A stretch of DNA of 63,022 nt, filler included, from Octopus bimaculoides (GCF_001194135.2; 8 parts of 7 records of this genome joined end to end with filler, not necessarily neighbours in it); one strand, 5' to 3'; shown: positions 47,411 through 59,429, counted from the first letter of the whole stretch. Program-made: numbers and translations. The notes: a model not told the origin generated them from the sequence alone.

Positions 47411-49399
47411 GTAAGTTCTGTTGAATCTTGTGGTGTGCGACGAATTGAAGTACTTGGTATAATATTGATGTTTTCTTTCTTTTCTTTCTCCCTTTTCTGC
47501 TATTTTTTCTTTGTCTTTCTTTTGTACTATATACACATATATCATATACATACATGTCATATATGTAATAAAATTTTTTAAGTTTTACGTAAATAAACTT
47601 GGAGATACAGTGATAAATTTCATATTTTGTCCATAGTAAAAGTTGATGTCAATAGCAGTTATGCAACTGGCAGTAGTCCAGGGTTGTGTAAACATAAGAT
47701 CGATAATTGTAAAGTATATGGTCTAGTGATTCATTACTATATATTATTGATATTTTATTTAAAGCTTCAGTTTGATAAAATAAGCACTAGTTATGACATG
47801 ATCCATCAATGTCAATTGGATACAGAAATTCAAAATGGTGATATACCTCAAGATAATTTACATCAACCAGCTTTGAATTATATCTTGAACGCCAAGCTCC
47901 ATCAGCGGACAGTTTGTTGAAAGTATTCATATTTTCACAAGGCATAAAATATATATCGTTCTGACAAGTAACAAGGATAATATCTTCATTTTCAAAGTCA
48001 ATAGTGATATCAGAGATGTGAAGAGACATCCATCAAGAATTGAAATTTGTTCACAAATTTGGATCATTAGGAGTAGTTTTCTTGCTATAAGATCTTCTGC
48101 CTCTGTCCCTATATTATATATTATATTTGAAAGTAAGAAGCCAATTAACACACTCCAAATCCTTACTACTTGTCTCCATTTAATTTATATTCAATTTCAA
48201 TTTCGAAGTTTTCTCCCTTCCTTTCCTTAACAAAAATTATCATTAACACTAATGATTTTCTTCTTATGAGTTTAAATTTCCAATTGTTAAAAATCATTTC
48301 AGAGTTATTTTGTTAAGTATACCACCTCACATTTGACTGTATATTCTTCATATAGTAAATACACATAGGACAGTTTATCACTGGAGCATATTTATGGAAG
48401 AGTAAATCGTAAATGCCCCAATACTCGGTTCTCTACATCCTAACTAATTAGTCCTGCATACCCTTAAAAAGACGAGATAATCATGGTTGGAGAGTCTTTA
48501 AGCATAGGTTTGCTCTATCAGGATTGATCTGGGACAAAACAATAACAAAAACATTAATAGGTATAACTACAGAAGCATGTCATTTTGACTTTGTTTCCTC
48601 ATAACTTTCTGGAAAACGAATACTTTTTTAACAAAATTTTCTACATATCTTTCAGATGGCAGAGATTGCGATAATATTGGAATTTAGTGTGGAAAAAATG
48701 AGGTGTGGGATCAGAGATGAACTTGTTGGTATGGCCGTTTGGTATGCGATAAACCTTAGAATATACTCACGTGATCCCTGCTATTTCTAGCATGCTAACC
48801 GACTCCAATTAAATTCACACAAATAAATAAAAAATAACAAAAACAGCAGATTTTAATTCTTTTCCTTTCCATCCTAACTCTAACCTTTCTGCTGGAATTA
48901 AGTTCTTTCTTCTTTTTTTTTTTCGTTTTACTCATAATCCATTTAGAGTAGATTATCTAACGCTCTAATCTTTGGTGATTTATAGTGTATAAAACATGAC
49001 CTGAGGCACAAATGGGATGGAGTTTTATTATTAATCAAATCACACTGTCCACACCAAACCACAGACAGAAAACCTCATTCTTGCCAGAGAAACTGAACAA
49101 CCTTCTTCCACAACAATCTGCAGTAAGTTGACATTTTTTTTAACAGTTTCTCTTTCACGAAATTGTCAGACAATATTAAACTATTGTTGTCGATGTTGTT
49201 AATTGTTGTTTAGCCGTAGGTCAAATTAACTAATGGTCAAAGGCACCAAATCACTCAATGAACAAGGATTTATGATTGAAGTATTCTAGTTTTAGCCACC
49301 TCATCTTTTTCTCTATTTCAGACTTCATTGTTAAATGTTTACTTCCTATTTTGAGGAAGTTTGGGTGCCATTTCAAGTAGGTTGAACGACTGCATAGAC

Positions 49400-49662
49400 C
49401 AGGGGTTTTCAAACCGTGGTCCGCAGACCACAGGGGGTCCGTGGACAGCAAATACTTTTTATGGGCAATTTGATTTTATATATGGTTTTTAATCGAAATC
49501 TTTTAATTGACAATAAACCTATTTGTTAAATACTGTTAAATAAATAAATGTAAAAATATATGTTATTTTAAGCAAATATTTATGTATAAATTTCATAAGC
49601 GTTTATAAGGTAAAGCCTGAAATATAAAGGGGTCCGCAAGTCAAAAAGTTTGAAAACCCCTG
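49400..49662. mobile_element. hAT-type MITE with perfect 15-bp TIRs
   Basis: CAGGGGTTTTCAAAC (49400-49414) and GTTTGAAAACCCCTG (49648-49662), with subterminal GGTCCG motifs. Confidence 0.85.
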
Positions 49663-50503
49663 GTCTAGTTTTAGCCACCTCATCTTTTTCTCTATTTCAG
49701 ACTACATCGTTAAATGTTTACTTCCTACTTTGAGGAAATTTGGGTGCCATTTCAAGTAGGTTGAACGACTGCATAGACGTTCCCTTGTGGCCTCGTGGTT
49801 ATTCATATTGTGGTTGTCATCATTGACATTGTTATTGTGTTTGTTGCTCATTAAAGGGGAGTTGTGACCTTTCAGACTTATGATTAAAGGCATCCTGTCT
49901 TTATTTTCTGGCATATCTACACAAGTGTGCCTCCCTGACTTTGTTTCCTCATAACTTGCAGAAAAATGCATATTTTTAAGGAATTTTTCTATATATTCAC
50001 TTCAGATACTGTAGATTCCAACTACATCAGAATTAAATGTGAAAAAGTTTCCAAGGGATGGGGAAAGAGGCAAGCTGGCTTTGTTTGTGCATAACTTTCA
50101 GAAAATTGATTGTTTCTTAATGAAATTTTCTACAAATACCTTTCAGAAGTCCCCTGATGTAAGATCGTAGGATGTGGGTTGAGGGAGATTTGACTGCTAT
50201 TTTTAGTGAGTTGTGTGATTGCGTAGAGTCACTTTGTCTTGCAATATCTCGTTTTCATTCTCTTCCTCATTGTTAAAACTGCTGTAGATGTTGTAGCTAG
50301 TATTACAGTTACTACTCTTGTTGTTGATAGAGTAAACCTATGGTTAAAGATACTCCAGCCTTGATCATCTCGTCTTTTTACCGATATGCAGGACCAAATT
50401 TTGGAGATTAGGCTGCTATTTCTAGCAATTCAAATAACCACGTAAGGGCTCCATACTTGACTTGTAATGTTACTGCTGCTGTTGGTGGTGGTGGTGGTGG
50501 GTG

Positions 50504-50555
<52 letters not shown>

Positions 50556-51779
50556 TAGTAGTAAGTGGGGGGGGGGGCAGCAGTCATGTGGTTGCAGTAG
50601 TTGTAGTAGTGGTTGCTGCTGTTGCTGTTTAAACTCTTAATCAAAAGCATTCCCTCCATGGCCATCCTGCCTTTTCCTTCCTGCTGGTCCCAATGTACAG
50701 TGGACATTTGAGTCTTCACCAAAAAAGAGACAAAGAGCCCAGCAGGTCAATAAGCTTGTGACTCTTTTTATATTTTGTTTGTTTTTTAGTGAAAGGAATG
50801 CCAATGTCCAATAGCTTTTAGTGGCCTTCCCCAGATCGGTGAGATCAATTTCTTTTTATGTCTGGCTTGAATTTCTGGGAATTGATGTACGTAGGAAATT
50901 GTGAGCAGTTATAAAGTCACAGAGGGTTTCAAGTGTACTGCTTCCTCCATGTGACTCGTGGCTTCATTCATTTTGGAGTAGGATGAGCTAGCTCTGACCA
51001 GTGAGTTCACCATGTTCCTGTTGAATGCTGACCACATCCAACAGTTGACCGTAACATTCCAGCAGGCAAAAAAAAGGCTTCTGCCTGCAACCCAAAAATC
51101 CAACTTGCAAAATTGACAAATTCCCCACTGGCGAGCAAATGCATTCAATAGCACAGAAGCTATAACTGTAGTCATTTGTTGTTAAGGTGTGGAGCTCATG
51201 TTTGGAGATTCAGTGGGAATACAAGTTCACAAATGGTCCCCAGTCACATACATACTTTGGAATAATGTGATCCATAGCAGTTCGTCATGCTATTGATTGT
51301 TGACCATCACAGGATTCACTGATCAAATCACTTCCAATTATCAGAGCAGGTATCTAGAACAGTAGCGTAGCTAGCTAGGGAGGGAGAGATGGCAGTAGCC
51401 CACCCTGGACGATGCTTCTATGGTGAAAGCATTTTTTAATCTACTTTTGGGTTCCATAAGCCTGTATAAAGATCAGAATGGCAGGAGACAACAAATGCAA
51501 AAACTGCCGCTGATGGCACACACTCTAGCTGCTGTGCTACCGTTTTGAAGGCAGATGCCTGATCAAAGTATTTTGTAAAAGACAGGAGACAATAAAAATA
51601 ATAAAAGTATGAGAAATTGTTGAACCAAAATGGACCTAGGTTAAGGCAGCATACATGCTGTTTCAGACGAACATTGGCCATTTTTATTTGGAGGAGAACC
51701 AGAGAGAGGCATACAGCATGTTGTATTAATTAAAACAATTAATAGTATTGTTTTGTTTTAATGAGTGTTTGCCAATTAA

Positions 51780-51982
51780 CCCTTTAGCAGTTGGATTACT
51801 CTGTCAAATGTAATGCTTAATTATTCACATTGTTTTGAATTAATCATGCATTCTCTAATAGCTTTGAGATTTCAAAGATGTGATTGCTTATTTGTAGGGT
51901 AGGTATGAGAGGCTGGATCTGACCAGTTTGAATATAAAACAGAATATTTTGGCTGGATATGGTCAGTTTAAATGCTAAATGG
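51780..51982. mobile_element. piggyBac-type MITE
   Basis: TTAA|CCCTTTAGCA ... TGCTAAATGG|TTAA. Confidence 0.7.
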
Positions 51983-52223
51983 TTAATCAAGTGGTTTTGT
52001 TTTGGGTGAGAGCATTAAATTTCAGAGACTTTAACCCAATATTCTATTCAGTCAACCATTTCACCACAAGGTGTTGATTTTCTTACATTAGCCTAAGACA
52101 CTATTGTTGTTGTAGTCATTGATTTGATGGTTAGCCCCAGACCAGCCAGGATTAAGCAGATCTGTGATCAAAAACATTCCAATCTTGACCATATTTTGCT
52201 ATGTTTAATATATGCTTTATTGC

Positions 52224-52442
52224 AAGGCACCGAGCTGGCAGAATCGTTAATGCGCTGGACCAAAATGCTTAGCGGTATTTCACCCATCACTATGTTCTGA
52301 GTTCAAATTCCACCAAGGTCAACTTTGCCTTTCATCCTTTTGGGGTCAATAAATTAAGTACCAGTGGAAAACTGAAGTTGATGCAATCAACTAGTCCCCT
52401 CCCTCAGAATTTCAGGCCTTGTGCCTCCAGTAGAAAGGAATA
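52224..52442 (+). mobile_element. SINE family B copy
   Basis: GGCACCGAGCTGGCAGAATCGTT head, core, and tail GTAGAAAGGA. Confidence 0.87.
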
Positions 52443-52562
52443 TATGCTTTATTGCACTAAAAACAACTTTTCCTGGATATGCATTGCCGAAATTGGTGTG
52501 CATCTAATATGTTTGTGTGTCTTTTTTACCATCAAATATGGGACTCATGTATATGTAGTGTA

Positions 52563-52805
52563 TTGAGTGGTAAGAACTTTACTTCCCAACCACATGGTTT
52601 CTGGTTCAGTCCCACTGCATGGAACCTTGGGCAAATGTCTTCTACTATAGCCTCAGCCTGACCAAATCCTTGTGAGTGGATTTGGTAGATGGAAACTGTG
52701 TGTACATCGTATGTTTGTATTGTCCTCCACCCCACCATTTGTTTATGTCATCATAACTTAGTAGTTCACCAAAAAGAGACTGATAGAATAAGAACCAGGT
52801 TTAGA
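52563..52805 (+). mobile_element. Degenerate SINE family A copy
   Basis: CCCAACCACATGGTTTCTGGTTCAGTCCCACTGCATGG..TTGGGCAAATGTCTTC. Confidence 0.75.
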
Positions 52806-52955
52806 AAAATAACAAATATATATANNNNNNNNNNNNNNNNNNNNNNNNNNNNNNNNNNNNNNNNNNNNTTAATTAATTAANNNNNNNNNNNNNNNNNNNN
52901 NNNNNNNNNNNNNNNNNNNNNNNNAAAACTTAAAATGAGTATATGTATAGTTTTA

Positions 52956-53063
52956 TTAATATTTAGCAGAAGCAACAGAGTGCACGTTGGTACTAGTTTG
53001 ATTAGTGCCAACGCACGAAACGCTCGACCCTTGAGTCACTCTATTGCTTCTGCTAAATATTAA
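52956..53063. repeat. 27-bp inverted repeat (26/27 identical) enclosing an 11-bp hairpin
   Basis: Arms 52956-52982 and 53037-53063; inner stem 52985-52995 pairing with 53003-53013. Confidence 0.8.
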
Positions 53064-53168
53064 CAACATAATAATCTCTCTCTCTCTTTCTCTTTACACC
53101 CCCCCCCACACACACAATTATCTTCCCCAAGTTGACAGAGCCACGTTATTTGGGAGGCCATTTTCTTG

Positions 53169-53182
53169 GTTGCTATAACAAC
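53169..53182. promoter_or_regulatory. Possible RFX X-box palindrome
   Basis: GTTGCTATAACAAC fits GTHNYY-AT-RRNAAC on both strands, about 1.1 kb upstream of the ATG at 54274. Confidence 0.3.
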
Positions 53183-54273
53183 CAAGTAGACGCCAGCCAA
53201 GTTTTCCCCAGCAGCATCGCCACGTGTCGTGTAACTTCCAACATGTTGATTTTGTTGAAACCTTCCAGTGACAGATGCCTATATACTTTGACAGCAACTT
53301 ATTTAATTACAGAAGTTCTCTGTTTTTGTTAATTTACTGAACAGTTTCTGCAAGAAAGCTCCATGTCTGTCGTTTTCCTGTTCTCTCCCTCTCTTTCTCC
53401 TTCTCTCTGTCTCTTCAGCCGAATTTAGCAACTTTCAGTGACCGGTTACAAACATTTGACTTTATGTCACTTAAAAGTATGTTTTGTTTAGGGGAATTTT
53501 GTAAGAAATGAAAGAAAAAAGAAAACAAGAAACTCAAAAGAACGTCGTTAGAGTAATGAATATATAGTAATACTGTATACGTTGGTGAATATACCCACTG
53601 TATCGACAATAACACTAGTGCCTGTATATTTTCCCTAACTTACGGCTTCTTAGACGGCCTATACATACATACATACATAATTATACACACACACATACAC
53701 AGAGTGAGAGAAAGAAAGAAGAGGACATTGAGAAAGGTGAATGGATTAGGAAAAAATTAGAATGTTTTATACTAAATAACTTGCACAATTTGGAAAATTT
53801 ATTCGACAGAACATTTGACATACATATGCATGCACACATACATACATTCCTATAGGCCCGTCACCAGACATTGGTGCTTGGGGGTGCTTCAGAATATTCT
53901 GGATAGGCAACAATTTGTAATAATGCGAAAGTGGTGTTTCGAATGTAAGTGTATTACTATAAATCTGAAGGTGCACCATTGAATAGCGAAGGAGCAGTGC
54001 CGTCCAGTGCACCCCGTTATCGACAGGCATGCATTCATACATTCACACACACACATAGTCGTTTTTATTTATTTTTTTATAATATATTAAAACTATTTCC
54101 CCCACTTCTTAACAGGAGAAAGAAACGGGTAGTTAAAATAAACAAAAGAAAAAAATATGAGAGTAACAATTTCTCCGTAAGTTAGTTGTTATGAAGAACT
54201 TTTGAAGGATTTGGTTGAAAGATTGGAAAGAAGGTTCGATTCTGCAGAGAAAGTAAACAAGTGATATTTGAAA

Positions 54274-54630
54274 ATGTCAGACACGGAATTACAAGAAGTT
54301 ACGGAAGGAGATAAAGCCAGCGAAAAAATACACGAGGGAGAAGTACCAGAAGAAAAGGAAAAATCAGAAATAATTGAAGAACCAGGAAGTACGGCGGAAA
54401 AAGTAATCGAAGAAACCGAAGTAAAGGAAACAGAAGGAAAAGAAGAATCAAAAGTAACAGTAGAAATAGAAAGCACAGAAGAAATAGAAAGGACGGAAGA
54501 AGGAAAGATAGAATTAGACGGGTTGGAAGATTCTACAGGTGTGGGAGACCAAAATGGAAAAGTGAAAGAAGACGAGGCTGTAGAGGAGGTTGCCAAGCCG
54601 GTAGAGGAGGAGGAAGAGATCCTCGAAGAG
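54274..54630 (+). CDS. First coding exon of an unidentified host protein with a Glu/Lys-rich, low-complexity acidic N-terminus
   Basis: 119 uninterrupted codons (MSDTELQEVTEG..EEEEEILEE); A at -3 of the ATG; ends at GAG|GTAAAT (phase-0 donor) with an in-frame stop just inside the intron; no similarity to the repeats in the window. Confidence 0.7.
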
Positions 54631-54699
54631 GTAAATTAGTTTTAATTTAAAGTTTGTATTTTATTAATCCTAGTTTGAGTGAAATTTAGGTTAATGAAC

Positions 54700-54745
54700 C
54701 AGGCATGGGCAACCTTTCTCAAGAAGCGGGTCACGGGACATGGCT
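54700..54745 (+). mobile_element. hAT-like terminal fragment running into an N gap
   Basis: Starts CAGGCATGGGCAACC, a typical hAT MITE terminus; the other end is not visible. Confidence 0.35.
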
Positions 54746-55261
54746 NNNNNNNNNNNNNNNNNNNNNNNNNNNNNNNNNNNNNNNNNNNNNNNNNNNNNNN
54801 NNNNNNNNNNNNNNNNNNNNNNNNNNNNNNNNNNNNNNNNNNNNNNNNNNNNNNNNNNNNNNNNNNNNNNNNNNNNNNNNNNNNNNNNNNNNNNNNNNNN
54901 NNNNNNNNNNNNNNNNNNNNNNNNNNNNNNNNNNNNNNNNNNNNNNNNNNNNNNNNNNNNNNNNNNNNNNNNNNNNNNNNNNNNNNNNNNNNNNNNNNNN
55001 NNNNNNNNNNNNNNNNNNNNNNNNNNNNNNNNNNGGGGTGGGGGTGAAAGGCAAAGTTCGCTTCGGCGAAATTTGATTTCGGAAAATAAAGAGCCTGAAC
55101 AAGTTCCCTAAAATATTATTTTTTTATGATGCTCTAACGTTTCTGCTAGCTCGTAAAAACTGTAATTGTAGAAATGAAGTACTTATAATTTATTAAATGC
55201 TAGAATGAAATGTTCTATTTTATTATCTTTATATTTTTTTTCTTGATATTTCTTGGAATGT

Positions 55262-55332
55262 CCCTAAGGTGCCACGCTGTGGAACTGAACCCGGAACCAT
55301 GTGGTTGGTAAGCAAGCTACTTACCACACAGT
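55262..55332 (-). mobile_element. SINE family A head fragment
   Basis: AAGGTGCCACGC..GAACCCGGAACCATGTGGTTGGTAAGCAAGCTACTTACCACACAG. Confidence 0.8.
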
Positions 55333-55795
55333 AATGTTAAAAATAATTATAATTTATGTCTTCCTAGTGAAATTAGCGATTGTAAAATACGAAATATTTA
55401 ATCGAAAACCTCTAAAAGGAATATTCACTTTGTTCTACTGCATTTCAAAACCCCTATTATAAGGGCCACAGGTCATTGAATCTTTTAACGTAGATTTTGA
55501 TTTTTGAATTTCTCGGCCTGCTAGAAATAGCAGTGAAGTCTCATTTAAACGATAACTTTCCACCTTAAAACAGATATGACACATTAGATAAATGTAGTTC
55601 TACAATCACTGAATAAGAAAATACGATCTTGGGTCTGTTACAGGTTTTATCTGTGATCAAACAGCAATGGCTACTACTTCTACAAGTTCTGTAGCCTGCC
55701 ACTTTATATTCCATTTATTTCACTTTCAATATAAACATACGATGACTATAAACATCGTGTTTAAATAACGATAACTAGCACCGTAAAATTGTTAA

Positions 55796-55868
55796 GGGGA
55801 ATTAGCTCAGATGGTAGAGCGCTCGCTTAGCATGCGAGAGGTACCGGGATCGATGCCCGGATTCTCCA
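55796..55868 (+). tRNA. tRNA-Ala (anticodon AGC)
   Basis: Complete 73-nt cloverleaf: acceptor GGGGAAT/ATTCTCC with the G3:U70 Ala identity pair, D stem GCTC/GAGC, anticodon stem CTCGC/GCGAG with loop TTAGCAT, T stem CCGGG/CCCGG; oligo-T runs follow downstream. Confidence 0.97.
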
Positions 55869-56117
55869 GCTCGTTACTTTTCTTCCTTTTCTTTTTTTTT
55901 TTAATTTAAAAGTTCAAATTTCATTATTGTAAACATCTCATGGCGAACTTTAGTTTAAAAACTGAAAACGAAATATTTAAAACTAATGCTAATAAACCAC
56001 CCGATAGGTTGTGTCAGNNNNNNNNNNNNNNNNNNNNNNNNNNNNNNNNNNNNNNNNNNNNTTAATTAATTAANNNNNNNNNNNNNNNNNNNNNNNNNNN
56101 NNNNNNNNNNNNNNNNN

Positions 56118-56166
<49 letters not shown>

Positions 56167-57159
56167 TACATACACGCACACACACACAATTACATACACA
56201 CACACACACCATTACATAAACACGCACCATTACACACACACTCACGCACTCATACATACACCGTCTGACACACTATGTACGCGCATACAATAACACACAC
56301 AAACTCACACACACACACCATTGCACACATGTACATACACTCATACACACACACAGAGTCTGATATACCATTGCACACATGTAAACACACGCCCATTACA
56401 CATACACATACACACACACGCACTCTCTCTCTCTCTCTCTCTCTTTCCTTCTTTCTCGTTCTCTTTTCTTTCATGACACCTCAATCACACTTTCTTCTAT
56501 CATTCATTTCCTCTTAGTCACCTTCAATCTTTATCGCTCCTCTCACTTCGCCCCTCTCATCCCTCCCTCATCATCTCTGCCTCTTTGCTTCTTTCTTTAT
56601 TCCTTTTCTTTCATTCGTCTCACCCCCACCATTCACCCGTCTTCAAACCTTAGTTTGTTGTTGTTGCTGTTGTTGTTGTTGCTGTTATTGTTGTTGTTGT
56701 TCATCTTCTTCCCCCTCCTCCGCCGCCACCACCACCACCACAAAAAAAAAATAACCCCACTCTACGTATAACACATATAATTCGCAAATAGCTTTCAGCA
56801 TAAACACAAACCTTATAAATCTACTGATATTACATCTGACATGTATATTGCATTATCACCGCACTTTCTCTTCGGGGCAACGATGCACCTGCAGCGTGTA
56901 GTCATTACAATCCGTAACTTAAGTATATTGCTATTGGTAGAAAAAAATAGTAAAACGAGAATAAAACATACGCTGCCATTGGCTATAAAGTTTCTTCGAG
57001 AAACTGACGGTCTATAAATGGAATTGATATTAATGATATCCTCAACTAGCTTGAAAACAAGATATTTATGCTTTCTTGGTCGTTGATGAAACGTATCAAG
57101 ATACATTCCGCATTTTCGGGCATACAAATCGATGAGGTATAGAGTGTAAACATGTGGTG

Positions 57160-57460
57160 TAAATAAATATTCAAACAGAGATTCCAGTTCGATTACTGGC
57201 GGCGTGCTGTGTCCTTCAGCAAGACACTTTGTTTAACATTGCTCCAGTCCACTCAGCTGGCAAAAACGAGTTGTACCTGTAATTCAAAAGGGGCCAGCCT
57301 TGTCACACTCTGTGTCGCGCTGAATCTCCCTGAGAACTACGTTAATGGCACGCGTGTTTGTGGAGTGCTCAGCCACTCGCATGTTATTTTCTCTAGCAGG
57401 TTATACCGCTGGTCGAATCTACTGTAACACTCGTCATCGTAACCGACGGAGTACCAGTGT
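57160..57460 (+). mobile_element. SINE family C copy, diverged
   Basis: GCTGAATCTCCCTGAGAACTACGTTAA..GTGGAGTGCTCAGCCAC..GTAACCGACGGAGT aligns with the other family C copies. Confidence 0.8.
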
Positions 57461-58397
57461 GTGTGAAATAATATTTCTAAATATTAAGATGTGGTCTTTA
57501 TTATTAGTAAGAGGCAATTCGATAAAAATAACAAAAATTCAAGTAACGTCGGAGGGCATTGAAGTGAAAATTTATAAAACGTTTCAGGTAGATCGTTTTA
57601 TCAGTTGAATAGACATTAATGGAAGCGTTTTATATTTCTTTTCACGACACATTAGCAATCTTCAAAGTAGGTTTCCTATTTTTCTATTGAATATCATATT
57701 CCTTTATATGCAAGTGAACTTATAAAACATATAATNNNNNNNNNNNNNNNNNNNNNNNNNNNNNNNNNNNNNNNNNNNNNNNNNNNNNNNNNNNNNNNNN
57801 NNNNNNNNNNNNNNNNNNNNNNNNNNNNNNNNNNNNNNNNNNNNNNNNNNNNNNNNNNNNNNNNNNNNNNNNNNNNNNNNNNNNNNNNNNNNNNNNNNNN
57901 NNNNNNNNNNNNNNNNNNNNNNNNNNNNNNNNNNNNNNNNNNNNNNNNNNNNNNNNNNNNNNNNNNNNNNNNNNNNNNNNNNNNNNNNNNNNNNNNNNNN
58001 NNNNNNNNNNNNNNNNNNNNNNNNNNNNNNNNNNNNNNNNNNNNNNNNNNNNNNNNNNNNNNNNNNNNNNNNNNNNNNNNNNNNNNNNNNNNNNNNNNNN
58101 NNNNNNNNNNNNNNNNNNNNNNNNNNNNNNNNNNNNNNNNNNNNNNNNNNNNNNNNNNNNNNNNNNNNNNNNNNNNNNNNNNNNNNNNNNNNNNNNNNNN
58201 NNNNNNNNNNNNNNNNNNNNNNNNNNNNNNNNNNNNNNNNNNNNNNNNNNNNNNNNNNNNNNNNNNNNNNNNNNNNNNNNNNNNNNNNNNNNNNNNNNNN
58301 NNNNNNNNNNNNNNNNNNNNNNNNNNNNNNNNNNNNNNNNNNNNNNNNNNNNNNNNNNNNNNNNNNNNNNNNNNNNNNNNNNNNNNNNNNNNNNNTA

Positions 58398-58429
<32 letters not shown>

Positions 58430-58430
<1 letters not shown>

Positions 58431-58570
58431 ATGACAGGTTTCCATACAGTTTCCGTCTATGAAATCCACAGATAGGATTTTGGTCGGCCCAAGGTGCCGC
58501 GAAATAGGACTGAACCCGCAGCGATGTGACTGCAATGCAAACTTACTACGACACAGCCATGCCTGCGCCT
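58430..58570 (-). mobile_element. SINE family A 5' fragment, degenerate
   Basis: TTTGGTCGGCCCAAGGTGCC..GGACTGAACCC..ACAGCC. Confidence 0.65.
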
Positions 58571-58886
58571 GTCTACTTATAGATCCACGACTAATCGATA
58601 TAAAAAACGGCTTTTTCAACGGAATATCATTTATTAAAGTTCTCACATTCCATTCAGGTCGTCTATGGTCGTTTAAAAGCCCAGGTTGTCAGCTACGGTT
58701 AATATGTCATCCACAGAAATGCTAAACTCTACAGTAACCAATCAGAATTCAGCTTCTCTCATACGTCAAGCACAAAAACAACGAACGAAAGAACAAAACC
58801 AAAAGCTAATTTCATTGAAGAGGAAAGCACTATCGTATCTGGTGCCATGTCACGGTCCAGAAAATCGCTGATTCGCCCCCAAAATA

Positions 58887-59004
58887 AGCTGACCTTTCAC
58901 ACACAGACTTATCAAGATCAGAAGGACATTATAAAAGAGCTTTCCTAAAAACAGCAGTAATTTTTCGGAAACTAGGAATGGCATTTGACACTGAAAGGTC
59001 AGCT
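58887..59004. mobile_element. 118-bp MITE-like element with 13-bp perfect TIRs flanked by TA
   Basis: TA|AGCTGACCTTTCA ... TGAAAGGTCAGCT|TA. Confidence 0.6.
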
Positions 59005-59193
59005 TAATGTTATTGCTAATCCTTGAATCTTCTTCTTAGTTGGTTTTATATTTATATATATACTCTACATACATACATACATACATACATGCATACATAC
59101 ATACAGACAGACAGACAGACAAACAGACATACGTATGTACGTACATACACATAAATTTAATGTATTTCCCTCTCTCTTTCTTTCTTCCTTTCT

Positions 59194-59231
<38 letters not shown>

Positions 59232-59232
59232 T

Positions 59233-59268
<36 letters not shown>

Positions 59269-59429
59269 CATACATACCTCCATCCATCCATCTATCCATC
59301 CATCCATCCATCCATACATACATACNNNNNNNNNNTCTACATACATACCTCCATCCATCCATCTATCCATCCATCCATCCATCCATACATACATACATAC
59401 ATACATACATACATACAAAGGTACACACA

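Noticed and set aside
50408-50722. ORF with poly-Tyr/poly-Cys/poly-Pro
   Set aside because: Arises from (CAG)n(TAG)n(GGT)n simple repeats; no splice or domain support.
50750-51700. Higher-complexity stretch with short ORFs, possibly an old transposon or exons
   Set aside because: No motif could be matched with confidence in any frame; needs BLASTX.
54189-54596. Ser-rich minus-strand ORF
   Set aside because: Antisense shadow of the GAA-rich Glu exon.
58686-58871. 61-aa ORF (..NSTVTNQNSASLIRQAQKQ..)
   Set aside because: Short, no recognisable domain or convincing donor site; cannot be supported.
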